Below are positions 16,935 through 25,673 of a stretch of 32,000 nucleotides of DNA, one piece after another. Below the pieces are notes generated by a model. It saw only the letters and a program-made list of their open reading frames with translations. It did no database searches and had not been told where the DNA came from. Location: NCBI RefSeq assembly GCF_000148385.1, contig NC_014537.1, forward strand, positions 930,001 to 962,000, in the 5' to 3' direction. How positions within the stretch are numbered: the stretch's first letter is position 1; each line of letters starts with the position of its first letter. Position numbers and translations under genes: made by a program. Source of the DNA: Vulcanisaeta distributa DSM 14429. Its GTDB lineage: Archaea > Thermoproteota > Thermoprotei > Thermoproteales > Thermocladiaceae.

Positions 16935-18422
16935 TTATCTATCATTAATCATGAAATCTATATCCAGTCTTTCCTTAACTATTGATGAGAACTTGTCAAT
17001 ATGACTCATTAATAAGTCAATACTCGTTAGACCCTGTGAATTGCGCTTAGGTAATCCGGCGATTTCCCTTGCAATGTTGAGCACGAAACTCCTAAAGTTC
17101 GGGTCACCCAGTGAGTCGTGAAGTGTTATCCCAATTACTAAATCCTTCTCCCTAAATACGCCATCTACCTGCTGCACTGGCCTGCCATTTCTCTCCTTAA
17201 TCATTACCAGGGGTTCATCACCAATGTACTGAGGAATACCCCTATGTATTTCATAACCCTTAACCTCAACACCCTCCAGCTCATCCCTTAACCCAACAGC
17301 CTTTGACAGCGACACAATCTTTTTAACACCATACACGGTATTAACATTAACAAGACCAAGCCCATCATAATTACCTGGAACACCGGCCTCAAGACCATGC
17401 GGATCACTCAATACCTTACTCATTGCCTGGAAGCCACCGCATATACCTAATATGACGGTTGATCCCTTAATCCTCATCAATGCCTTGTCCAGCCCAACTC
17501 TCCTCATCCACTCAAGGCTCGCAACTACATTCTTAGAGCCAGGTAATATAACAAGGTGTGGTTCACCCAATTCCTTTGGACTCCTAACTATCCTGACCGT
17601 GACATCATCCTCAAGAATTAACGGATATACATCATTAAAGTTTGAAATGTATGGATACGCAATTAACGCAATATCCAGCGGTCCATTACCAATTGGCTTC
17701 AGGTCCATTGAATCCTCAGGCCATAGCCATAAATCATCAATATAGGGCAAAACGCCGAGGACGGGCTTACCCGTCCTCTCCTCAAGCCATTTTATGGCAG
17801 TATTGAGTAATTTCTCATCACCCCTAAACTTATTTATAATGAAGCCCTTAACCAGCCTTCTCCATCTCGGTGGTAAGGACCTCATTAAACCAAGCCCCTG
17901 AATAAATGAACCACCTCTATCAATGTCGAGAACCACAAAGACATTGGCATTAAGCCACTCGGCAGGTCTAAAATTAGCCAAGTCCCTACTGGCGAGGTTC
18001 GGTTCATACGCAGATCCCGCCCCCTCACCGATTACCATGTCGTATTCCATGGTTAATTTACGTATACTAGCCTTAACGGCATTCACCGCAAGTCGTCGGA
18101 TTAAGTTATTGTTTAGGTAATCATTGAAGGATAATTGAGCCCTTGGCTTGCCAAGTATTATGTATTCGGCTTTGTCACTTAGCATGGGTTTTATTAGGAT
18201 TGGATTATAGTAAATACTGGGCATTAAGCCTGCCACGTATGCCTGCATTGCCTGTGCCAGCGCTATTTCGCCACCCTCAATGGACGGGTAACTATTGAGT
18301 GACATGTTCTGTGCCTTGAATGGCGTTACGTGAAAGCCCCTGGTACTAAGGATCCTCAGTAATGCGCTGACTATCGCTGTTTTCCCTGAGTCGCTCATTG
18401 TCGATACTATGTATGTATTCAC
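16935..18422 (-). CDS. cobQ: cobyric acid synthase
   Basis: N-terminal STMSDSGKT with PFKAQNMSLNS. The C-terminal glutamine-amidotransferase part has ILGICGGFQAM and GYEIHRG. Confidence 0.85.
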   Translation of the reverse strand: MNTYIVSTMSDSGKTAIVSALLRILSTRGFHVTPFKAQNMSLNSYPSIEGGEIALAQAMQAYVAGLMPSIYYNPILIKPMLSDKAEYIILGKPRAQLSFNDYLNNNLIRRLAVNAVKASIRKLTMEYDMVIGEGAGSAYEPNLASRDLANFRPAEWLNANVFVVLDIDRGGSFIQGLGLMRSLPPRWRRLVKGFIINKFRGDEKLLNTAIKWLEERTGKPVLGVLPYIDDLWLWPEDSMDLKPIGNGPLDIALIAYPYISNFNDVYPLILEDDVTVRIVRSPKELGEPHLVILPGSKNVVASLEWMRRVGLDKALMRIKGSTVILGICGGFQAMSKVLSDPHGLEAGVPGNYDGLGLVNVNTVYGVKKIVSLSKAVGLRDELEGVEVKGYEIHRGIPQYIGDEPLVMIKERNGRPVQQVDGVFREKDLVIGITLHDSLGDPNFRSFVLNIAREIAGLPKRNSQGLTSIDLLMSHIDKFSSIVKERLDIDFMINDR

Positions 18423-18515
18423 TAAAAATGCTTCATAAAGATTGAGGGCAATAAGCCTTACCTAAGAAAGAAAATTTAAGTACTTTGATGTAAAAGATTA
18501 CCAAGTGATGTTTGT

Positions 18516-19106
18516 ATGACCGAGTGGGCTACGATGAGGAATTATAGGTTGTGGGTTGGCATGGCTCTCATGGCACTCTCGATATACTTAATCATCAAGC
18601 TTTATGACAACCTATTCCTAAGCCTTAGGGTACCTATAGTCGCTGTCGGTCCTGACGGTGTGTTAAAGGTCATAGGGTCAATAAGGCCGTTTACAAGCCC
18701 TGTCCTTGCCTACGACATCGTACTTAGCATGGTATTAACAGCAATCCTATCATCACTAGCCTCAGTACTCATTTACTCCTCAATAACGAGTGGTAGGTAT
18801 AGAAGTAATCCTGCTTATCAGGGTAGTTTAGTCGTAGGTATGGATGATCATGACAAGGCCATAACTGCTCTTACACTTTCAAACCTGGAGAAAAGGGCTT
18901 TACAGGTAATACGTAAGAGGGGTGGTATGATAACACAGGCTGAGCTGGGGCGCGAGCTAGGGTTGAGTAAGTACCAAGTGTCAAGGCTCGTAAAGAGGCT
19001 TGAGGCGAAGGGGATTATTGAGAGAAGGAGGGCTGGTGTTACGAATATTTTGATTTTACGTAACGGTCTTAACACTCTGGGAAATCTCAGTAAGAATAAG
19101 GACTAG
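18516..19106 (+). CDS. membrane-associated winged-helix (MarR/ArsR-like) DNA-binding protein
   Basis: Two predicted TM helices: LWVGMALMALSIYLIIKL and VLSMVLTAILSSLASVLIY. These are followed by LSNLEKRALQVIRKRGGMITQAELGRELGLSKYQVSRLVKRLEAKGIIERRR. Confidence 0.65.
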   Translation: MTEWATMRNYRLWVGMALMALSIYLIIKLYDNLFLSLRVPIVAVGPDGVLKVIGSIRPFTSPVLAYDIVLSMVLTAILSSLASVLIYSSITSGRYRSNPAYQGSLVVGMDDHDKAITALTLSNLEKRALQVIRKRGGMITQAELGRELGLSKYQVSRLVKRLEAKGIIERRRAGVTNILILRNGLNTLGNLSKNKD

Positions 19107-19376
19107 GTTATCTCTATTACTTTGTGCATTGATTAAAGTCTCTAAGCCCTTTCTCGTAAGGTAAACCCCTGAATATGGCTCCCACCTAATTAGGCCTAGA
19201 TTCTTTAATTCGTTTAGGTAGCGTATCAATCTATCATATGGTACACCAACCATCATTGCGAGCCTACTTAATTTATCGCAGCTCCCCATTTTATCCAGGG
19301 AGAGCAGTATGTCCGCGTATATCTCAACCCTAGTCCTTGGCTTCTTCCTGTACATCAAGAGGTATAGACTCTGCAA
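19056..19376 (-). CDS. small winged-helix transcriptional regulator-like protein (~100 aa)
   Basis: RTRVEIYADILLSL...LSRLAMMVGVPYDRLIRYLNELKNLGLI...YLTRKGLE, which is a wHTH pattern. Its 3' end overlaps the convergent gene 18516..19106 by 51 nt. Confidence 0.55.
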   Translation of the reverse strand: MQSLYLLMYRKKPRTRVEIYADILLSLDKMGSCDKLSRLAMMVGVPYDRLIRYLNELKNLGLIRWEPYSGVYLTRKGLETLINAQSNRDNLVLILTEISQSVKTVT

Positions 19377-19769
19377 CAGTCTTTAACCATATCGTAAAGG
19401 CGCACAGGCAACCAAACGGCAACCTTATTGCAACCAGTTCTTACTTCATGACCCAGCAGTTCTTTGTTCGTATTAACGCCCCAGACTTTATACGTAATAT
19501 ACCGGTCAGCGCATTACTGCTTCTGCAACAACTATTACTTTGTCATTCTCAACCTCGAATTTCACCTAATCATTGCTTTACTATTTGAGGTCTTAATACG
19601 CTATGTCTTTCTATTCATAGCGGACATTCATACATATAGTTATCTTTATTTTAATCCTTAGAAGGCATGAAGATCACGATGCAGAGAGTAGGTCGGTGAT
19701 ATCTTAAGGGATGTATTTCAAAATTTAATTATGATTTTAAGTCATTTTATTTTGAATTAAGTAGGTACT

Positions 19770-20390
19770 TTATGAGTGCCTCTTAACTGATGCATGTATT
19801 ACTGGTATTACCACGCACTTCCCATTACCTGTAATGATGACATTATTCACGGCACCGAAGTCCACATTAACGTCATAGCTAGTACCATTAACAACTATGG
19901 GGCTCTGTCCAAGGGGTATCTCAAACTTACCACTTGGTAATGTGCAATTATAGGTCTGTCCATTAACAACAGCCTGAACGTTAGAGACGTATAGCCTTAT
20001 TATGTTGTACGTGCCATTGGTTAAGGAGCACTGGGCAGCGAGTTGGCTGGTATTGACTAGTTGTGCTAGGTCAAAGGTGGTTTGTGTTAAGCTGCAGGTT
20101 ACCCAGGTGTTATTGCCGCTGCCCTCCCTATGGAAGGCAATCTCACTTATTGTTACGTATAAGTGATCAACTTTTACAGGCTTATCGCTTATGTATACAT
20201 ACACCTGACTTGTCGGTACCTGGCTCGTTAATCCGCTCGTTATGCCTACACCATGCCCACTAAGCATTAAGTAGGCAACTGCCCCTATTACTATTATCAC
20301 AACCACTACGGCACCTATGACCCAACCCTTCACCCTGACCACCCAGTGCCCTATGGTCACATTACTTAAAAGGTATGTCGAAGAAACCAC
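19770..20390 (-). CDS. membrane-anchored DUF4382-like beta-sandwich protein
   Basis: GTG start and a TM anchor. The ectodomain pattern is VYVYISDKPV...VTISEIAFH...W...FDLAQL...LTNGTYNIIRLYV...LPSGKFEI...VDFGA. This matches the DUF4382 layout as I remember it. Confidence 0.5.
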   Translation of the reverse strand: MVSSTYLLSNVTIGHWVVRVKGWVIGAVVVVIIVIGAVAYLMLSGHGVGITSGLTSQVPTSQVYVYISDKPVKVDHLYVTISEIAFHREGSGNNTWVTCSLTQTTFDLAQLVNTSQLAAQCSLTNGTYNIIRLYVSNVQAVVNGQTYNCTLPSGKFEIPLGQSPIVVNGTSYDVNVDFGAVNNVIITGNGKCVVIPVIHASVKRHS

Positions 20391-20443
20391 CGTGGAATTA
20401 CCGTGGAAGGGCCCATTAATTGCTTTTAAACCATTGAAACCTG

Positions 20444-21787
20444 TTGAATCAGCCCTTAATGACTGAAAGAATTACCTGGCTTAAGAGGGACCTGAGCACA
20501 CTGGAGTTGCTGGCCCTCGGGTACTCAGACGTATCATCAACCTACTACTTCACGCTAGGCATAGTCGCGCTCAATTCAGGATCCCTACTGCCAATAACGA
20601 TGCTCCTGGGATCCCTATCCCTATGGCTTGTTGGGCTGGCATACGCCGAGTTCGGGAGTGCAATACCGAGGACCGGCGGTGCGTATTATTACATCCGCCG
20701 TGAATTGGGCAACACCTGGGGCTTCATAGCAGGGTGGCTACTGAGTTTCGACCAAATACTAATGATAGCCTACGGTGCCCTGGGCGCCGTTAATTACCTC
20801 AATGTGATGATTCCCTTAGCCTCACGATGGCCCGTAAATTCAATACTCTCAATCTTAGTAATAATAATGATAATGACCATAAACATACTCGGAATAAAAG
20901 CCTCAGCGCGTTTCAACCTAACCTTACTAACCATTGACCTACTTGGAATATTAATACTGTTGATGTTTGGCTACTACCTGGTAGTTAGTCATGGAGCCGT
21001 AATGCCAAGATTAGTGTTTAACTATGATTATTTAATTCATGGGTTAACATACTCATTTAGGGGCTATACAGGTATTGACGTAATAGCACAGTCAACGGGG
21101 GAGGCCCTGACACCCTATATATCGGTCCCAAGGGCCATAATCGGCGTATCCTCATTATCAACGGCCGTGGCGCTACTATTATCGTTATTGACCATATTAT
21201 CAGGCGCCTTAACGGTTGTTTCAAACAATGTTGGTGATCCCATAGGTGCCCTGGCCAGGTACTTATTCCATAACATGTATTTGTCCGCCTATATCTCGAT
21301 GTCAATAGCAATAGTGCTCCTCATATCCGTCAATGCAGGCATTGTGGACTTCTCAAGGAGTATCTACGTAATGAGCGAGGATGGTTTGTTACCGGGTAGG
21401 TTAAGTAGTGTTCATGGTAGGTATAGGACGCCCCATTTAGCAATAATAATCTCATCACTAATAGCAATACTATTTGTGATTCCCGGCAGTGTTGAGCTCA
21501 TTGCAGACTCCTACGCAATAGCATCAACGATTGTGTATCTAATGACTATGATCGCACTGATAATATTTAGGAATAAGGAGTCCCACTTAGTGCGTTATTT
21601 CAGGATACCCGGCATAACAATAAAGCGAGTGGAGGTGCCTATTGTGTCGATTATTGGCACCATTATATATACATTTTCGATTATGCTCATAATCCTAATT
21701 AAGGCAATGTACATGTTGGTGGTGCTGTCATGGCTACTTATAGGCATGTTGCTGTACCTATTTAATAGATCTTCTCGACGCACTTAA
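20444..21787 (+). CDS. APC-superfamily amino-acid/polyamine permease
   Basis: About 12 TM segments with the signature AEFGSAIPRTGGAYYYI. TTG start, with an alternative ATG at 20459. Confidence 0.8.
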   Translation: MNQPLMTERITWLKRDLSTLELLALGYSDVSSTYYFTLGIVALNSGSLLPITMLLGSLSLWLVGLAYAEFGSAIPRTGGAYYYIRRELGNTWGFIAGWLLSFDQILMIAYGALGAVNYLNVMIPLASRWPVNSILSILVIIMIMTINILGIKASARFNLTLLTIDLLGILILLMFGYYLVVSHGAVMPRLVFNYDYLIHGLTYSFRGYTGIDVIAQSTGEALTPYISVPRAIIGVSSLSTAVALLLSLLTILSGALTVVSNNVGDPIGALARYLFHNMYLSAYISMSIAIVLLISVNAGIVDFSRSIYVMSEDGLLPGRLSSVHGRYRTPHLAIIISSLIAILFVIPGSVELIADSYAIASTIVYLMTMIALIIFRNKESHLVRYFRIPGITIKRVEVPIVSIIGTIIYTFSIMLIILIKAMYMLVVLSWLLIGMLLYLFNRSSRRT

Positions 21788-22409
21788 CCACGGAATCTGA
21801 GGCACCAACAATGAATAATTTATCCCCTGCCTCAATCCTAAGCTCCTCATTACTGATTATAATATCCTCACCCCTAATGATCAGTGGTATTGCCACACCA
21901 CACCTCCTGGCAACATCCCTAACCTCCTGGTTTATGTATGGCGACTCTGAGCTAATCACGACGTAGTACGCCTGCACCTTATCGTCAGAGTAAAGCAGTT
22001 GCTTAAATGACGGCTTTAGGTAATGGGCTATCTTCGACAATACGGCATCCACAATGGGTATTGCGTAGATACCGAGCTCGATGAATGCATCGAGGTACCT
22101 CTCCTTATTACTAATTAATGCTATTATCGTTGGCACACCCCTCGACTTAGCTATCCTGGCAACTTCCAGGTTGGTCTCGTCATCCATTGATAAGACCACG
22201 ACCTCACTCTCATCGATTCCACCACCTCTAAGTATTGATTCATTCTTTGGGTCACCGACATAGACATAGGCAGGAACGCCCCTGCCTAGCCTCGCCTCAT
22301 TTTCATTACTCGCTATCATGCTCACATCATAACCATTACTAACCAATAACCTGGCAATCACCACGCTAATATCGTTTATCCCAACAATCAACGCCTTACG
22401 CACACGCAT
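21762..22409 (-). CDS. RCK/TrkA-type regulatory protein (TrkA-N plus TrkA-C)
   Basis: The Rossmann-like N-domain (ALIVGINDISVVIARLL) has a degenerate Gly motif. The C-terminal TrkA-C-like part is GEDIIISNEELRIEAGDKLFIVG. The 3' end overlaps the permease gene by 26 nt. Confidence 0.6.
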   Translation of the reverse strand: MRVRKALIVGINDISVVIARLLVSNGYDVSMIASNENEARLGRGVPAYVYVGDPKNESILRGGGIDESEVVVLSMDDETNLEVARIAKSRGVPTIIALISNKERYLDAFIELGIYAIPIVDAVLSKIAHYLKPSFKQLLYSDDKVQAYYVVISSESPYINQEVRDVARRCGVAIPLIIRGEDIIISNEELRIEAGDKLFIVGASDSVVKCVEKIY

Positions 22410-22436
22410 TAAGTAGGGCTGTATTTAAAAACCGAT

Positions 22437-23420
22437 TTATCTAAGGTCAACCTGCCTACCATAACCCTCAAGAAACCTCCTCAAATCATCCTCCCTAGGC
22501 AGGTTCTCCTCATCACCCCTAACCATCACGACCATGGCAGCCGCCGCCGAGGCCCTCCTCATTGCACTCTCCACATCATGACCCCTAAGTATTGATGCCA
22601 GGAAGACCCCAGCATAGGCATCACCAGCGCCAATTGGATCCTTCACAGGAACCCTAAAGGCATCAACCTTAACGACCCTACCCTCCCAATACGCCATTGA
22701 ACCCTTAACACCGAGCTTAAGCACAATCTTATCAATCCCAAATCTAGAACGTAACTCCTTAAACACATCGTCAACCATGGACACACCAAGTAATAGACTG
22801 GCTTCATCCTCATCAAGGAATACGATATCCACGAAATTAAGCGCCCTAGACAGCACATTAACGGCGTCCTCCACCCGCGTCCATAGCTTTTTCCTATAAT
22901 TAACATCAAATGATGTGATGACACCCTTACCGCGGGCAATCTCCAAGCCCTTAAATGCCGCTGACCTGGCAGTATCGCTGATAGCCATCGTTATGCCCGT
23001 AGTGTGAAAAACCCTGGCGCCACCAACGTAGTCCGGGTCAACATCATCAGGGCTTAATGCCGAGGCTGCAGAACCCCTCCTGTAGTAGAGCACGTCGCTA
23101 ACACCTGGTATTGGATAATTCCTCTGCACGAAGTAAATACCCGTGGGCCTCTCAGGATCGAACCTAATATGACTAACGTCAACACCCTCACCCCTAAGCC
23201 AATTATAAATGAATAAACCAAACTCATCAGCACCAAGCCTTGTTATCAGCCCGCAACTAACGCCAAGCCTAACCAGGGCAACGCAGACATTTGCCTCGGT
23301 ACCCGTCGCGTGCTTCTCAAAGTATGTAACATGCCTAAGCGGCCCATCAGTAACCGCATTAAACTGAACCAGGGGCTCGCCCAAAGCCACAACCTCAGGC
23401 ATTAAGGCGCATATAACCAC
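22437..23420 (-). CDS. PfkB-family sugar kinase, probably 2-keto-3-deoxygluconate kinase
   Basis: N-terminal ALGEPLVQF, with the PfkB signature DPIGAGDAYAGVFL near the C-terminus. 327 aa. Confidence 0.65.
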   Translation of the reverse strand: MVICALMPEVVALGEPLVQFNAVTDGPLRHVTYFEKHATGTEANVCVALVRLGVSCGLITRLGADEFGLFIYNWLRGEGVDVSHIRFDPERPTGIYFVQRNYPIPGVSDVLYYRRGSAASALSPDDVDPDYVGGARVFHTTGITMAISDTARSAAFKGLEIARGKGVITSFDVNYRKKLWTRVEDAVNVLSRALNFVDIVFLDEDEASLLLGVSMVDDVFKELRSRFGIDKIVLKLGVKGSMAYWEGRVVKVDAFRVPVKDPIGAGDAYAGVFLASILRGHDVESAMRRASAAAAMVVMVRGDEENLPREDDLRRFLEGYGRQVDLR

Positions 23421-23466
23421 GGCATTATTAAGGAATTACTCTAACAAATTCAAGGAAACTAAAACC

Positions 23467-23474
23467 TTAAAAGG
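23467..23474 (+). promoter_or_regulatory. TATA-like box for the tRNA gene
   Basis: TTAAAAGG is centred about 26 nt upstream of tRNA position 1. Confidence 0.4.
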
Positions 23475-23495
23475 CAACACAATTAATGAATCAAC

Positions 23496-23593
23496 GGGCC
23501 CGTAGTCTAGCCTGGTAGGATGCCCAGGGGCCGATGCCCCGTACAAGCCTGACGCGCGGGAGATCCCGGGTTCAAGTCCCGGCGGGCCCACCA
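23496..23593 (+). tRNA. tRNA-Val(GAC) with a 21-nt intron (23526..23546) at non-canonical position 29/30; CCA encoded
   Basis: The 7-bp acceptor stem is perfect (GGGCCCG/CGGGCCC). The T arm is CCGGG-TTCAAGT-CCCGG and the D arm is GTCT-AGCCTGGTA-GGAT. Removing AGGGGCCGATGCCCCGTACAA restores the anticodon stem CCCGC/GCGGG with loop CTGACGC. An alternative pre-tRNA fold gives 3-nt bulges CC|A and AA|G around a short helix, plus the intron hairpin GGGGC-CGAT-GCCCC (BHB-like). Confidence 0.8.
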
Positions 23594-23688
23594 AGGCATC
23601 TTAAACATTAGATATTCTATGACTGCATTGACGTCACTCCTTACTCAGGATGCATGCCCGTAAACAAATTCAAACTCACTCGAATCAC

Positions 23689-23722
23689 TTTTACTGAACA
23701 GCCGGAGTATTAAAAAATCCGT
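23689..23722 (+). promoter_or_regulatory. conserved upstream module, copy C (TTTTACTGAACAGCCGGAGTATTAAAAAATCCGT)
   Basis: The core TGAACAGCCGGAGTA (23695..23709) is identical to copies A and B. It is followed by the A-run and TCC. The core starts 41 nt before TTG 23736 and 44 nt before ATG 23739. Confidence 0.65.
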
Positions 23723-23735
23723 TGTGCGATGCTAG

Positions 23736-25301
23736 TTGATGATTATGGGGATTAGGTTCAATAAATTGCTATTCACCGTACTGATCCTAGCAATCATAGC
23801 CGTGGCATCAATAATAGTCTTACCAACTTATAAGGCGTTCATTGGAATAAATCACGCAGGGGGCCTTACACGCGGTTACCCAGGGATGTCGCAGATGATC
23901 GAGCCCATACCCATACCTAGAGGTGTTGAAGTTTTTGCTGTTGGTCCTCCAGGGTTCATCCAGGGTATTGTCAACGCCGGCATTCCACAGGGCATCATAA
24001 CCCTCATAAACACTTCCAACATAATCAATGCGCCGTCTCAGTCGGTCATAGCCATTGACTGGACATACCTGTTTAATTACACGGGCAATAACATGACGAT
24101 TACCACTGGGATACTGAAGCACCTACTCATTAATAGGGATATCATAGTGATCGGCGTAAGTAATGTTAGCCAATTAATCACTGCGGAATTAATACTGGCC
24201 AAGGCATGGGCCAAGGCGTATAATGCGAGTGCCGTTGCCGTGCCCATGCCGAGGTACGGCATCAATAGTATGAGGTATGTATTAGCCGTGCCAATAGGCA
24301 GTAGGGCATTAATGATCGGGCCTGCCAACACTGCCGGCCTTAATGAGAGACTCATCACAGCATTGGAATTATTATATGGCGTAATTTCCACCATGCAGAA
24401 TCAGGTAGACCCAGACGATCCCTGCTACGCAATGGCTAGTTCCCTCTCAGCACCAACCCAACAAACAACCAATGTAAATAATGGCTACTTCTTCTGGTAT
24501 GGCCAGCAGACTTATAGTGATGGTTATGGCTATGAAACCGTTGATTTCTGCGTTGAAATTGGCCAAAACATTAATGAGGAGAATGGATATTACTACATCC
24601 CTGGGTATGAGTGGAACTTTATCGCATCAACACCAGCGCCTGGTGCGTATGTTAGTAGCCTATTATCGTTCACTGATCAGTATGCATCATACAAGTGCGC
24701 ACAAGGTGTCATGGAACCTGATGTATTTACGTGCTCGTATAGAAATACGCCGGTTGGTTGGTTCTCCTGGGCTGGCGATGACCCTGGCCCGATAAGTCCA
24801 TCAACATCGACAGGCGTGAGCTATCAAGTAAGTATTGCCCTTGGCTTCTCGGCCACCGGACCCACTGGTCAATTCGGTAACGCAATTACGGAAGGTTACA
24901 CAGTTACTGATCCACCGATTGAGATAAACTTAACGGCTCCTCAGTATACTAGTGCACCCAATGGAGGTCCTGTCCCCAATGAGACCTGGGTATTGGCACC
25001 AACAAACCCAACGGCCGCTGCCCAGCAGAATCAATTGGCTACTGAGATCCTTGGGCCTATGGTTATTTACCCATTCCTAACGACCCAGATCAACGTGCCT
25101 GCCGGCGTTCAAGCCGTGCTATATAGCGGTGGTGGTTCCTCATGTAATTATGAATCAGTCATATATGATATTCAATGGTTCATATTTTACCCATCACCAC
25201 CCAATACGCAGTTTCAAGTAATAAACATTGGAACCTCCGGACCAAGCATGTCGTCACCAAGTGGGTTCTATGTAACGGCGTACACGTCTAGTTGTCCCTA
25301 G
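23736..25301 (+). CDS. membrane-anchored secreted protein P3 (521 aa), two-domain, unknown family
   Basis: It starts (M)MIMG, followed by the anchor LLFTVLILAIIAVASIIVL. The N-domain is collinear with P2. The C-terminal region is Y/G/T/P/S-rich, with sequons (NTS, NYT, NMT, NVS, NAS, NLT, NET). Preceded by module copy C. Confidence 0.7.
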   Translation: MMIMGIRFNKLLFTVLILAIIAVASIIVLPTYKAFIGINHAGGLTRGYPGMSQMIEPIPIPRGVEVFAVGPPGFIQGIVNAGIPQGIITLINTSNIINAPSQSVIAIDWTYLFNYTGNNMTITTGILKHLLINRDIIVIGVSNVSQLITAELILAKAWAKAYNASAVAVPMPRYGINSMRYVLAVPIGSRALMIGPANTAGLNERLITALELLYGVISTMQNQVDPDDPCYAMASSLSAPTQQTTNVNNGYFFWYGQQTYSDGYGYETVDFCVEIGQNINEENGYYYIPGYEWNFIASTPAPGAYVSSLLSFTDQYASYKCAQGVMEPDVFTCSYRNTPVGWFSWAGDDPGPISPSTSTGVSYQVSIALGFSATGPTGQFGNAITEGYTVTDPPIEINLTAPQYTSAPNGGPVPNETWVLAPTNPTAAAQQNQLATEILGPMVIYPFLTTQINVPAGVQAVLYSGGGSSCNYESVIYDIQWFIFYPSPPNTQFQVINIGTSGPSMSSPSGFYVTAYTSSCP

Positions 25302-25673
25302 TAACGATATACGTAGTGCCACGCCGTATTAAGTCCACCTCATCCCCTTGAATTCATAGCATTTTTCCCATACTTAATTCTATTGTATTTTCTCCTTAGG
25401 GTTGTTGCTGGGTAGGTTTGTCATGGTATGGTATCATTAATTTAATTTCATCCCTAGCATAATCATATTAATCACGGTATTAAGGATTTGAAATGTATCG
25501 TAGAAGACCCACCTTTCGCCTTGCTTAAGTTATTATTCTTAAAGTGGCTGGGAATTCTTGTATGTTGACCATACCGTTTTACTTAAATTTAGATATTACT
25601 AATTCTTTTATATGCATATTATTCTATATGTAATATTCTATGTTAGGTTCAAAGATAAAGCTTATAAATTAAT

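Noticed and set aside
19337-19661. ORFs 19337-19588 and 19464-19661 in the long AT-rich spacer.
   Set aside because: They have odd composition (F/L/I/Q-rich), overlap each other in different frames, and have no motif and no TATA-like box at a suitable distance.
1121-24394. Many 60-170-aa ORFs in the track lie nested antisense or out of frame within longer genes. Examples are 1121-1381, 2306-2641, 3566-3868, 5049-5423, 6504-6938, 8022-8543, 11556-11942, 12524-12904, 13105-13404, 13894-14136, 14441-14875, 17452-17745, 22643-22939 and 24077-24394.
   Set aside because: They lie entirely inside ORFs with clear family motifs. They have the S/L/T/P-rich, low-complexity composition typical of shadow frames, and none shows a recognisable motif.
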